Shown in pieces: positions 24,401-37,000 of a stretch of 64,000 nucleotides of DNA. The number at the start of each line of letters is the position of its first letter. Position 1 is the first letter of the stretch. This DNA comes from Squalus acanthias (Eukaryota). The stretch covers positions 35,962,001 to 36,026,000 of the forward strand of contig CM059432.1 of NCBI GenBank assembly GCA_030390025.1, given 5' to 3'. The notes beneath the pieces were generated by a model. It worked only from the letters and a program-made list of their open reading frames with translations, was not told the DNA's origin and did no database searches. The translations under genes and the position numbers were made by a program.

Positions 24401-27400
24401 TACAACAACCACTGCTAAGTAACTTGCTGTGCGTGAAGAGCTTTGAGATGTGACGGTTTGATATAAATGTCTGCTTCTAACGTTGCTATCTTTGTTAATC
24501 AGGAGGTGTACAGAATTCCCAAGAAGGATCGCAGCCAAACAGAGCGAGAAAGTACTGGTGCGTATGAGGGAGGTGCCTTTCTGAGGGGGAGGAAACAGAG
24601 GGCAACTTGCAGTTTGAGTGTTTAGAAGTGGCATTTTAATATTTTTTTGCGATTTAGTGGGAAACATTCCATTTTTTTTCTTAGTCTTGCATTGCACCTA
24701 GAATAGTGTGACCGTACATCCCCGTTTTCCGGGGACAGTCCCTAGATGAGGGACTGTGTCCCCGGGCAAACAATGTCCCCAGTAGAGTCCCTAGTTCACA
24801 GAAACTCATCCCCGAAGTGCACCCCACTGAGCTGCCACTTTGCGGCTCTAGGGCTAAATTAAACAACAACTTGTACAATGGCCAGAGTGACTCACTGCGC
24901 ACGTGTGACCGGGCGGTCTTTCTGCGCTTGTGCCGGTTGTTGTTTCTGAGTTTCCGGCCGCGCTCGTGCTACTGGATTGTCAGCGGCGGAAGTGCCTGGA
25001 GCACGGCAACCGGAGCGCGGGTGAAGGAAAGACTGCGGGGGGAGGGCCCGGTCACAGTCACCAGGGGAATGGGGGACAGGCTAATCCTAGACACTGGGAG
25101 GGGGGAGGAGGTCAGGTGTGACCTCAGTTACTGGGGAGAGGTCAGGTTTGACCTCAGTCACTGGGGGGGGGGGGGGGGGGGGGGGGGTCAGGTGTGACCT
25201 CAGTCACGGGGGTGGGGGTCAGGTGTGACCTCAGTCACTGGGGGAGGGGGGTGGGGGTCAGGTGTCTGAATGCGCTTCAATAGTGTGACGTCACATCCGC
25301 AGTAATTATCTGCACATTTGTTTTGCATTTGTAGTGTATAGGTGCAACTGTTAAAATATAGGTTGCCTAAAAAAAATTTGCCTCGCTGCGCTGTTCAACC
25401 TACATTTTCCGTCCTAGCTACTTTGCTGTGCTCCACCCTGTGCGTCCCCGGATTCGGTTTAGAAAATATGGTCACCCCAACCTAGAATCATAGAATCGTA
25501 CAGCACTGAAGGAGGCCATTCAGCCCATCGTGCCTGTGCTGGCTCTTTGAAAGAGCTGTCCAATTAGTCCCACTCCCCCTTTTCTTTCCCCGGAGCCCTG
25601 CACATTTTTCCTTTTCAAGTATTCGATCCAATTCCCTTTCAAAAGTTACTGCTGAATCTGCTTCCAGTTTCCGGCAGTGCATTCCAGATGAGGATCTTCC
25701 AGTGATGATTTTCGATTGCTCCAGCAAAGAACCATGGAGCACGAGAGGAGGCCAATTCGGCCCATCGTGTCTGTGCCTGCTCTTTGCTGGAGCTATCCAA
25801 AACTAATCCCACTACCCCACTTTCTCCCCACACACAACTCTATGCTTCAAATATTTGTCCAGTCTTTCTTCAAAAGATGCAATGATGGTCTCGCCCTCAT
25901 TCACTCCCTGTAGAAAAGCATTCCATGCTCCAACAACTCTAAATAAATCTCTCTCGAACCTTTTTCCTCGCTCTCAGTGACAAGTTTTAAATTGATGACA
26001 CCTTGTTACTGATTCCCCAATCAGAGGAAATAGTCTCTCCCTATTTAGTCTATCAAAACTTTTGTATCTTTTTAAAAACCTCTTATTAAATCTCCTAGCC
26101 TTCTCTCCTCAATTGGAAATAGTTCCAGTATCTCAAGTCTCTCCTCATAACTATAGTTTCCCAGCCTGGTGAATCTACATTATGCGCTCTGGTTTTAATG
26201 ACCTTTCTATAATACATCAACTAAATTTATCTATCTATATCCTTCAAATGTCTGTGTCTCTCTCTATCTATCTACCGCCCTCTCTCTGTCACGCATTCTC
26301 TGTCGCATGATCACTCTCGTACACTCGGCCTCTATAGATCTCGCTATCGATCTTTCTCTCCCTCGCATGCTCTCTCTCTCTATATCTCAGTCTTATCGAT
26401 CTCTCCCTCTATCTATCTATCTATCTATCTATCTTGTACACTCTTGGTCTATAGATCTCTCTCTCACATGCTCTCTCTATCTCGTACACTCGGTCTCTAT
26501 AGATCTCCTTCTATCGATCTTTCTCTCCCTCGCATGCTCTCTCTCTATCTCACAGTCTCAGTCTGTCGATCTCTTCCCTCTCTATCGCTCTCACTCTATC
26601 TACCTCTATCTATCTTGTACACTCTTGGTTATAGATCTCTCACATGCTCTCTCTATCTCGCCCTCTCTATCGATCTCTCACTCGCACACTGTCTATCTTG
26701 CTCTCTCCCAGTCTATCGATCTCTCCCCATCTCTATCGATCTCTCCCCCTTACTCTAGCTGACCCCACGTGTGTGGATAATGCCATCGAGGGCAGTATGC
26801 AGGAAGAGGAGGGGGCCAAGGATAGACTCTTGGGGAAACTCCAGAGATGACAATGCGGGAGCAGGAAGAGAAGCTATTGCTGGAGATGCTTTGACTGCAG
26901 TCTGATAGTTTAGAGTGGAACCAAGCAATGACAGTCCCACTGAGCTGGAGAGTGGAGGAAAGGCACTAGAGGAGGATGGTGTTGTCGACCGTGTCAAAGG
27001 CTGCAGAGAGGTCGAGGAGGACGATGGGGTTAATGTAGCAGGATCACAGTCACGGAGAAAATTGTTTGTGACTTTGGGTGCTTTGTTGCAGTGGGAAGAG
27101 TGGTCACTTACTTGATTGGAGAAATTCAAACAGAAGGTTTGTGGGAGAGATGGGCACAGAATTGGGTGGCAACAACATGTTCAAGGATCTTGGAGAGGAA
27201 AGTGAGCTTGGAGATCGGACAAAGACCCGAGGGTTTGAGAGTGAGCTTTTGAGGAGGGTACAATGATGGCGGTTTTGGAAGGAACAGAAACAGTGCCTGA
27301 CTAGAGGGAACCATTTACAGTGTCAGCTGGCATAGGAAGGGAAGTTGGGTGGTCAGGAGTTGAATGGGATTGAGGGAGCAACGTGGTCGGTCCCATGGAA

Positions 27401-30400
27401 GTGATATGCTTGAAGATGGCAGATGGGGAAAAACTAAAAGTGTGATGAGGGTTTGGGGAGGCTGGGGGAGGTTTGGCTTGATGGGAAGGGGAAGGAGCCG
27501 AGCCAGCTAAATGGACCATCTCTTTCTTGGTGACAAAGAAATCCATGAGCCCCTCGCAGGTTTGGCAGAGGCGATCGAGGCTAAGCCAGTTGGGTGCCAG
27601 GAGCACTTGGGTTTGGAATCCTTGGATTTGAGGCAAGACCGTCCAGAAGGAATGATCAGGATGGGAAAACGGTGAAGGCTTTGTTGGGAGAAGTGCATCA
27701 TGGGGGAGGGGGTGACGGAGTGGTTGAGCAAATCGATAGCTGCAGAGGTATTGTAACGAATGGAGGTCCATGGGCTGGGTAGTACTGCAATTGAAATGGT
27801 TTTTTGGTAGACTTGACAAAAGGGCCTCAGGGCAAAAAACTTTATATTTTCCAGCATTTTAGAGCCTACTGTAATCCTACCTTTCAAACAGAAAAATCTC
27901 ACGGAAAATATGCTAGATATGAAAATAAAAGTAGGTGTCAGGATTTTAATCCAACCTCACAGGTACCAGTTCTTTTAAAGTCAGTTTTTTTTTGTATCAA
28001 TGATTCTCAGATTGTGGGTGACTCATTTATTGCCCATCCCTCGTTGCACTGACAAGGTGGTGGCTTTGTTTAATACAACTGAGTGTCTTTCTAGGCCACT
28101 TCAAACAGCAGTTAAGAGACATTGAGGATCTGGCTCACTATCACATCTGTTCCTGTCCCGGATCCTTTGGCAGCCCAGAGGCAGGGGGAGGGATTACCTT
28201 GTTTAGCATTTAATTGTTGTTATAGCTGGCAATGTGGGATGGGTGTGTCGGCATTGGGTGGGGGAGGGAGGCAGATTGCTCGTGGGATGAAGACTTTCTG
28301 TCAGAGCTGGCGAGGGAGCCTGTGCCGTCTGGATCGGCCTGCTTTTCTGCTCACCAGCCTGGGAAGCTAATAGGTTTCATTTAAGAGGGAAATGGGAACA
28401 AAATCGAGCCAAAGATTCTTTCTCTGTCGATTTGCCTGTTGCCTTTGATGCTTTAATCCCAGTTGAAGGTTCTTCTCACGGAGGGCTCCTGAAGATTTGC
28501 CCGTGTGCCTTTTTTACGTTCCAGACCGTGGCAGGGATGGAGCATCACAGAAGGATGTTTCTCAGGCTCCGAAGACTCCAGTGAACCTGGGCAAAGAGAA
28601 GGACACCGACAAGTCGCTCAGCAAAGATCGGAAGAAACGGAAACCGACGACCTCACCGCCCCCTTCGGCCTACGAGAGAGAAGGTCTGAAGAGATCCATT
28701 CCAGATGAAAGGCAAGCTTCTTTTCTGTTCCTCTCCCTTCACTCTGAAGGCGTTGTGGGTGCTAGGAAGCCCTCCTGTGTGGCCCTCCTTCAGCCTTAGA
28801 CTGTGACTTGTCACCTGCTGTTTGGTCATGGGGTGCGTCGCAGCAGAACCTGTCCTTGTTCCTACATGTTGATATGATTACTGTTTCTTCGGATTGTAAA
28901 GGGACTAGATAATGTACACCATAAAGACTTGTATTTATATAGTGCCTTTCACGACCTCAGGATGTCCCAAAGCGCTTTACAATCAACAAAATATTTTTGA
29001 ATTGTGGTTACTGTTGTAATGTAGGCAACACAACAACCAATTTGCACACAGCAAGGTCCCACAAGCAGCAATAATGACCAGTTAATCATTTTTGGTGACG
29101 TTGGTTGAGGGAAAAATATTGGCCAGGACACCGGGGAGAACTCCCTGCTCTACTTCGAATAGTGTAATGGGATCTTTTACATCCACCCGAGAGGGCAGTC
29201 GGGGCCTCCATTTAACGTCTCCTCCGAAAGACGACACCTCTGACAGTGCAGCACTCCCTCAGTACTGCACTGAAGTGTCAGTTTAGGTTAAGTGCTCAAG
29301 TTGCTCTTTGTGGGACCTTGCGCAAATTGACTGCCGCACTAACCACGTTACAACTTGTACTTCAAAGTACTTCATTGGCTGTAAAGCAATTTGGGACGTT
29401 CTGAGGTCGTGAAAGGTGCCTACGTACAGGAAACTTTATTAACCGGCACCCAAATATCCGGAAATCTCTCTTAACCGGCAAAATTCTTGAGTAGGTAACC
29501 GGGGTTTTCCTTCATCTCTCGTTTAAAATTAACTTAAAACCCCCCCCCCCCCCCCCCCCGAGGCGTTTGCCTTGTATCGGAGCATGTAGATTGGGAGGGG
29601 AATGTGCAGCCCGGGTAGGCAGCGGACACGACAGATGGTCAGCTGGCGGTCCCCGGGGAGACGGAGCTCCGAATGCAGGCGCATGTCAGTGTGTACGGGG
29701 CTCTCGTGCGTTGGGAGATATAACTCTCCGTTATCCGGACTTTTTGATTAACCGGCACCACGCCGGTCCCGTCGGTGCCGGTTAATAAAGAGTTTCCTGT
29801 ATTATGGATTACGGTAGTGTGCTGGCCACCATAGCAAAAAAAAATATTAATTCTCGCCATGTGGGCTTCACTGGTATTTAATGCCCATCTCTCGTTGCCC
29901 TTGAGAAGGTGGTGGTGAGCCGCATGTTCATGTGCTGATGGTACCCCCCACAATGCTGTTAGGGAAATCGAGGATTTTGACCCAGCGACGATGATGGTTC
30001 AAGTCGGGCTGGTGTGTGCCTGGGAGGGGAACTTGGAGGTGGTGGTGTTCCCATGCACCTACTGCCTTTGTCCTTCAAGGTGGCGGAGGTCACGGGTTTG
30101 GGAAGTGCTGCCGAAGAAGCCTTGGTGACTTACTGCGGTGAATTCTGTAGATAGTGTGTACAATTGTGAAACTGAATTCAATAAATCCGGTAAATTTGTG
30201 GGCTAGCACCAAATAAAATAACCTCAGAAGTTGCTGGATTTTTGAAAAAACCCAACTGGTTCACTGATGTCCTTCAGGGAAGGGAACCTACCACCCCTAC
30301 ATGGTCTAGGCGTACATGTGACTCCAGTCCCATACTACAGCAACAACTTGCATTTATATAGTGCCTATACCATAGTAAAACATCCCAAGGTGCTTCACAG

Positions 30401-31031
30401 AAGTGCAATCAGACAAAAATTGACACCAAGCCAGAGGAGGAGACATTCGGACAGCTGGATCAAAGGTAGGTTTTAAGGATCGTCTTAAATTAGGTGAGAG
30501 AGGCAGAGAGGCTTAGGGAGGGAATTTCAGACCTTGGGGCCTAGTTGGCTAGAGGCACGGCCGCCAACAGTGGGGCACAGGAAGTGGAGGATGCACGAAA
30601 GGCCTGAGTTGGAGAAATGCAGAGTTCTCACAGGTTTGTAGGGCTGGAGTTAATGTCCTCTGAAGTGTCCTCGCAAGCCACTCGGTTGTGAAAACAATCA
30701 CTAGGGTTGGCTGCCCACATCCTGAGAATAAAATGATCAATTATTTTGTACGTGAAACGCATGGTAAAATTTCTGAGGTGATGAGGCGGGTCTGGTTTAA
30801 AAAGAAACTCTGACCTCAGCCCTTGCTGCGAAGAAGTTTACTTTGGGTTAGTTATAAACTTTGCTCGCCTGTGTAACGTTGCTTTTTTTAATTTTGAAAA
30901 GGTACGATGGTGCAACGCCAGCTAAGAAGAAGAAAACCAGGAGTAAACTATCCACCGAGGAGCGGAGGAAGCTGTTTGAGCAAGAGGTGGCACAGAGGGA
31001 GGCCCAGAAACAGAGCCTATACCTGGTACAT

Positions 31032-31070
<39 letters not shown>

Positions 31071-34000
31071 CAACCGATTTGTGTTAGCTCGCAGGTGCCT
31101 TACGACACTGGAACCTACACCAACTCTCACCAGACCTTTGCCAGTTACCCCCCGGGCTACCCTCTGCAGACTTATGTTGACCCGGTCAACCCCAACGCTG
31201 GCAAAGTGCTCCTCCCGACACCGAACGTAGAGCCCTTGTGCCCACCGCAGATGGGCTACGAGCACCAGCCGCCGCTGTTGGCGGAGTCGATGCCGGCGGG
31301 ACACCCCGCGGTCCAGCACCTGTCGCCCCAGATGGACGTCCAGGGCCAGCAGTACCTGGCTCAGACCCCCGGCGTCATCCCCCAGGACCCGAGCGTGGCA
31401 GTGATACAAGTGTCGGGCGCTCAAGCAACGAGTCAGAGCTACGGGGTGTGGGATCCCAACCAGCAGACGCTGGCGGTGCACCAGCAGTATGCCAGCGGGC
31501 AGCCCCAGACGCCGATTTATTACCAGGGACAGCCGTGCCAGCCCGTGTACAGCATATCCTCTCCTTACGGACAAGCTACGCAGCAAATCGTCCAGGTACA
31601 GTCCTTTCCTTTTGTATTAATCAGTCTCCCGTGACGTAGTGGGTGGGGTGGGGAGTATATAAATGCAAGTCTTTCTTTCAATTGTCTCTGTCTCTCTGTG
31701 TGTGTGTCTCTTTCTTTTTCTGTCCCCCTCTGTCTTTATGTCTTTGCTCATTGCAGAGTTACGCTCAGTCGAGTCCTGAATGCGCGCAGGGGCAGCAGTG
31801 TTTCCTGGCTCACCCGCAAGGTGCTGTCGCACAGCCGGCAGCGGGAATGCTCGTCACATCATCGGCCCCGTCCTACCAGCAACCCGGGCAACCGCAGACT
31901 GTACAGCAGGTACCTCCTGTGCCAATCGGTCTCGTCGTGGCGTCGTTCTTCACACCCCTCCATCCTTCACCCCATCCCCTCTGTGCACAATTATTGCAGC
32001 GTAGCCCAAGGCTTGAATTAAATTCATACCGTACATTTATGCGAAGCTTATCACGGCATCAAGATGTCTGAAAGCGCTGCACAACATGGCCAGAGTGGGT
32101 CTTTGGCTGACTGCTAACATTCCCACCTCTGATTCAGAAGGCGCAGGGTTCGATCCCCGCTCCAGACAGTCGCAGCGTGAGGAGACAGTAATTCCAGATC
32201 TGACTTTCTGGGTTGACATTCAGTGGGATACTCGTGTCCGGTGGGTGTGGGTGCCCCCACCGTGTGGGTTGTGGGAGCCCATAAAACCCTCCCGCCATAT
32301 AGGACTAACCCCCCTACCAGCTGATCTAAAGATGGTTCTAGCCATGGAAGGAGAATTAACATCGTGGCCTGTCGGACTGTTAATCAGCCTGCAGCTCCTG
32401 AGTGTGAAGATACGAAAACAACACCAACAGACCGAGTCCCATTTTTGGTGCCGTGTCTGTTATGTAGGCACTCACATGTATGTACACAGGCACACGGTCG
32501 TGACCGGGTACACACGCAGATGCACGCAGACACCCATATTCACATGCACACAGGCAGCCCCATGCACACTGACATACATATATGCACAGACATATTATGC
32601 ACACACACACACCCGTACACGTGTGCACACACAGCCATATAGACAGACACACTCGTACACATAACAGGAGCAATGTTCCCTTTAAGCTGCGTGGCCGCCC
32701 AGCTGTCTGGACCTCCCGCGCAGCCGACTCGCCAAGAACCGTGCATGCGCAGTATTTTGAATGGGCATTTAAAGGGACCGCGCACCCAATAAAAAAAATT
32801 AACGTGAACATTGCACATGAGATGAATGCCCCGTTAATCTGTTTTGAAGTGTTAGTTTGGGGAGGATTATAGGCCGGACTCAGGGAGAACTTCGATCCAC
32901 GGGATCTTTCACTGAGCAGAAAAAAAAACGCGTAAACTGGAAATCGGCAATAAAATCAGCAAATGCTGCAAATACAGAGCAGGTCCGTCAGTACCTGAAC
33001 GAGAAAAGACAGAGTAATGTTTCAGTTTCAGATCCTTCATCAGAACTGAACATCACGAAATGTAATCAAAAAAGTGCAGGAACTTTTCTCTCTGCAGTTT
33101 TGATATGGACACTGTCCCTCTATTCTCAAAATATAAATGCTATTTTTTAAAATTAAAATAAACAAGCCTACCTTGGTCCTATTCCTGTTCACTCCCATTG
33201 CCTGGGTCCCATACCCATTTATTGCCATTTACCTGGCTCCCATTCCCAATTACTCCAAGGCCTGGCTCCCATTGCTTGGGCTTCATTCCTGGCGGCTACA
33301 CGGGAATGACTTCACCTGTACAAGGTTTACGGATGGGCAGCTGCTTGACTTTTTGAAGCAATTGAATGTCCTCAGCTTCTGGCTGTGGGCGGTCCATGAT
33401 TCTGGGGGGAAAGACTCCACAAGCCAGCAACGTGTAAACCGTATCGCTCACCAGAATTTGGGGTGGAACTGCAGCGTCCGTGGCAGGTAGCAGACATTTA
33501 CCTTCGCTAACCTGTCTCGGGGCAGGAAATGGGCCCACCTGCCAGGTACTGTTCCCTGCCCTTGTAACACATGCAAGCTGCCTTGTTTGTCTGGGACTAT
33601 GTTGGAAGCAGGGCCATGGCTGAAATGGTTCTGAAAAGGTTGTGCTTGATTAGCAGCCATAGCAATTCTGCACACGTCAAGGTATGATAGCGAAGCAGCT
33701 GTGTGACTGGACTAGTAATCCAGAGAACAGGAGTTCAAATCCTACCATGATGGCAGTTTGAGAATTTGACTTCAGTTTACAAAATCTGGAAATAAAAAGC
33801 TGGTATCAGTAAAAGTAACAATGAAGATTGTCATTAAGAACCCCAACTGATTCACTAGTATCCTCTAGGGAGGGAAAACTGCCACCCTTGCCTGGCCTGG
33901 CCTATATGCGACTCCAGTCCCATGCCGTGGTTGACTCTTATCCACCCTCTGAAGTGGCATGTCAAGCCACTCCGTTGTACCAAACCGCTCCAAGAAGAAG

Positions 34001-37000
34001 GCCCAACGCCACCATCTTGTGGTAACTAGGGATGGATAATAAATGCCACCCTTGTCATCGACACCCACTTCCTGAGAATTAATAAATAATAATCTTGTTT
34101 TATTGTCCTGTATTTTATTGTACTTTAGAGAGCTGATGGATTTCAACAGGCCAAATGACCTACCTTTGCCTCCCTTTTCCCTCCCTCCCCAACTCTGCTG
34201 AAGACGTGGCTCATGGCTGAGATTCGACGCACCGGGCACTCTGCAGTACTTTGCCCCAAGTGGCCGTTCTTCGCGCGTGAGTCCTTGACAGCAAATGTTG
34301 GCAGGATCCTCATAGGACGTACACGCACAAGCACTTTCCAATGGGGAGTCACTCGTCCGAATCGGAAGCGGGAACCCTTGCTGATTTTCCCCACCCCCAT
34401 ACATGGAGCAACTATGGCACCACTATCCCAGCTCACCCAATGGACCTGGGGCCTCTTGGTCTGTATTGGCTCAGCCACTTACTGAGTAAGCTCTTTCAAC
34501 CGTGTGGGCAGGAAGCACTCCACCTTAACTTTTCCTTGTGTTTCTTCAGGTATTTACAGTTTCGATGCAACACAGGCTGTCGTCTGATTGTCACTTTTTT
34601 TTTTAATGACTACTGTATCTGTAATCTCCAGCAGGAACTCATAGTTGTCAACAACCTTCTCGATTTGCCACCTCCTTCGCCTCCAAAGCCGAAGACCATC
34701 GTCCTCCCCTCCAACTGGAAGACCGCCCGGGACCCCGAGGGAAAGATTTACTATTACCACGTGATAACCAGGTTGGTCTTTGTGGGAGTCCATCCCCCTC
34801 ACATCTCAAGCTTATTTATCCCAACAGCCTGGTAGAAGGGTGTAAATCCTGTAATGCAAGGCAGTGCGTGATTGTAGCCATTCGGCTTAGAGGGGTGGTA
34901 GGGGGAGCTGCTTCTGTGGCCGATGAGCCACTGACCATAAAGCACTGGATATCTGAGCTCAATCAGGATGGCAAGCTGCCTTCCACCCCCCTGAAAGTGT
35001 TTGCAGAGGATATCTTGCAGTCATTCACTTCAGTATGTGGGGGAGGGGGGGGTGGTTTATACAGTTATAGAATCGTAGAATTTTATAGCACAGGAGAGAA
35101 TTCTAGGCCAAATACAAAAGCAAAATACTGAGGATGCTGGAAATCTGAAATAAAAACAGAAAATGCTGGAAATACTCAGCAGGTCAGGCAGCATCTGTGG
35201 AGAAAGAAACAGAGTTAACGTTTCAGGTCAGTGACCCTTCGTCAGAACTGGTGATCTCACCACCAAACACATCTTCCCCTCACCTCCCCTTTCAGCATTC
35301 CGAAGGGACCGCTCCCTCCGCGACACCCTGGTCCACTCCTCTATCACCCCCAACACCCCTTCCCCTTCACCCGGCACCTTCCCGTGTAAGTGCAGGAGAT
35401 GCAACACCTGCCCTTTTACCTCCACCCTTCCCACTGTCCAGGGCCCCAAACACTCCTTCCAGGTGAAACAGCGATTTACTTGTACTTCTTGCAATCTAGT
35501 ATACTGTATTCGCTGCTCACGATGCGGTCTGCTCTACATTGCGGAGACCAAACGCAGATTGGGTGACCGCTTTGCGGAGCACCTCCGCTCAGTCCGTAAG
35601 GGTGACCCCGAGCTTCCGGTCGCCTGTCACTTTAATTCTCCGCTCCACTCCCACTCTGACCTCTCCATCCTTGGTCTCTTACACTGTTCCAACGAAGCTC
35701 AACGTAAGCTCGAGGAACAGCACCTCATCACCTCATCTTTCGATTAGGCACTTTACAACCTTCTGGACTCAACATAGAGTTCAACAATTTCAGACCATAA
35801 CCTCTGCCCCTATCTTTTTTTCCCATTTATTTTATTATTTTTTTCTCTCTCTCCCACATGGCAGCTGTCTCTCCTTCTGCTAATGCCATATACACTTCAT
35901 CCAGAGCCATCTTTTGTTTCTTAACTTGTCCCATTACCATTTCCTTTTGCCTTGCACCATCCCTTTTGTCTCTTAATCTCTCTTGCCTTCCATCCAATCA
36001 CAGACCTTCCCTTTTGTTCTTTCCTCTCCTCCCCCCTTTCACTGCCCCTGCACTTGCTTAAAAACCTGTTCGATCTCCAGCTTTTTCCAGTTCTGACGAA
36101 GGGTCATCGACCTGAAACGTTAATTCTGTTTCTCTCTCCATGGATGCTGCCTGACCTGCTGAGTATTTCCAGCATTTTCTGTTTTTATTTGCGAATTCTA
36201 GGCCAGTGGACTCACTCACTTTGTGTCAGCTTGGCTCCGTGGTAGCACTCTTGCCAATCCAGAGGCTTGAGCACATAACCTAGGCTGATTCTTCAGTGCA
36301 GCATTGACGGAGTGCTGTACTGTCAGAGATGCCGTCTTTTGGATAAGACATTAAACAGAGGCCCTGTCTGCCCACTTGGGTTCCCATGGCACTATTTTGA
36401 AGAAGAGCAGGGGAGTTCTCCCCCAATGTCCTCGCCAATATTTATCCCTCAACCAACATCACTGAAACAGATGTTTGCCTGTGTTACACCAGTGATTCCC
36501 ATTTACTTTTTTGGATGCACTCCTAGAATCTGTAGTAACTCAGTAAGGTCTCCTCTCGGCCTCCTTTCTTCCGCAGTTCACGTTCCCAGTTCCCGTAGCC
36601 TCTGCTCAGGGGCCCAATCCAAGGCTTTGGTTAAATTGCCCTTTACCTGCACGCTCTCCAGTGCCGGGATATCCCATTGTAGTCTGACTAGAACTGCACT
36701 CGGCACTCTGGGTGGGGGTGGGCCCCAGAGCTCTCGACAATCTCCTGATCACTTGCTGTGCTCTACCTGTTTCGCTCAACACCCCAAGATCCCGCCTCAC
36801 TCGGTCATGTTGTATATTCCTTCAGGCAAACGCAGTGGGACCCGCCGTTGTGGGACGCAGGCAGCGACGACATGAGCGTGGGTCACGAAGCCGAAATGGA
36901 CCTGGGGACCCCCACATACGATGAAAATCCAGCCAAGGTGACGTTTCTTGCTGCTGAACCGGGAGGGGGCGTTTCTGGCTCTGTGGAGATTTCAGTGCAA

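Larger units (their letters stand above)
35111..36192 (+). mobile_element. 5'-truncated Penelope-like retroelement with GIY-YIG endonuclease remnant and inverted pseudo-LTRs
   Basis: [16 protein letters not shown]ys motif, then [30 protein letters not shown] (35463-35747); termini inverted; 13-bp TSD gaattctaggcca at 35098-35110 and 36193-36205. Confidence 0.9.

Noticed and set aside
22148..31586. Antisense ORFs over SETD2 exons (22148-22891, 31017-31586)
   Set aside because: Shadow ORFs of GC-rich coding exons
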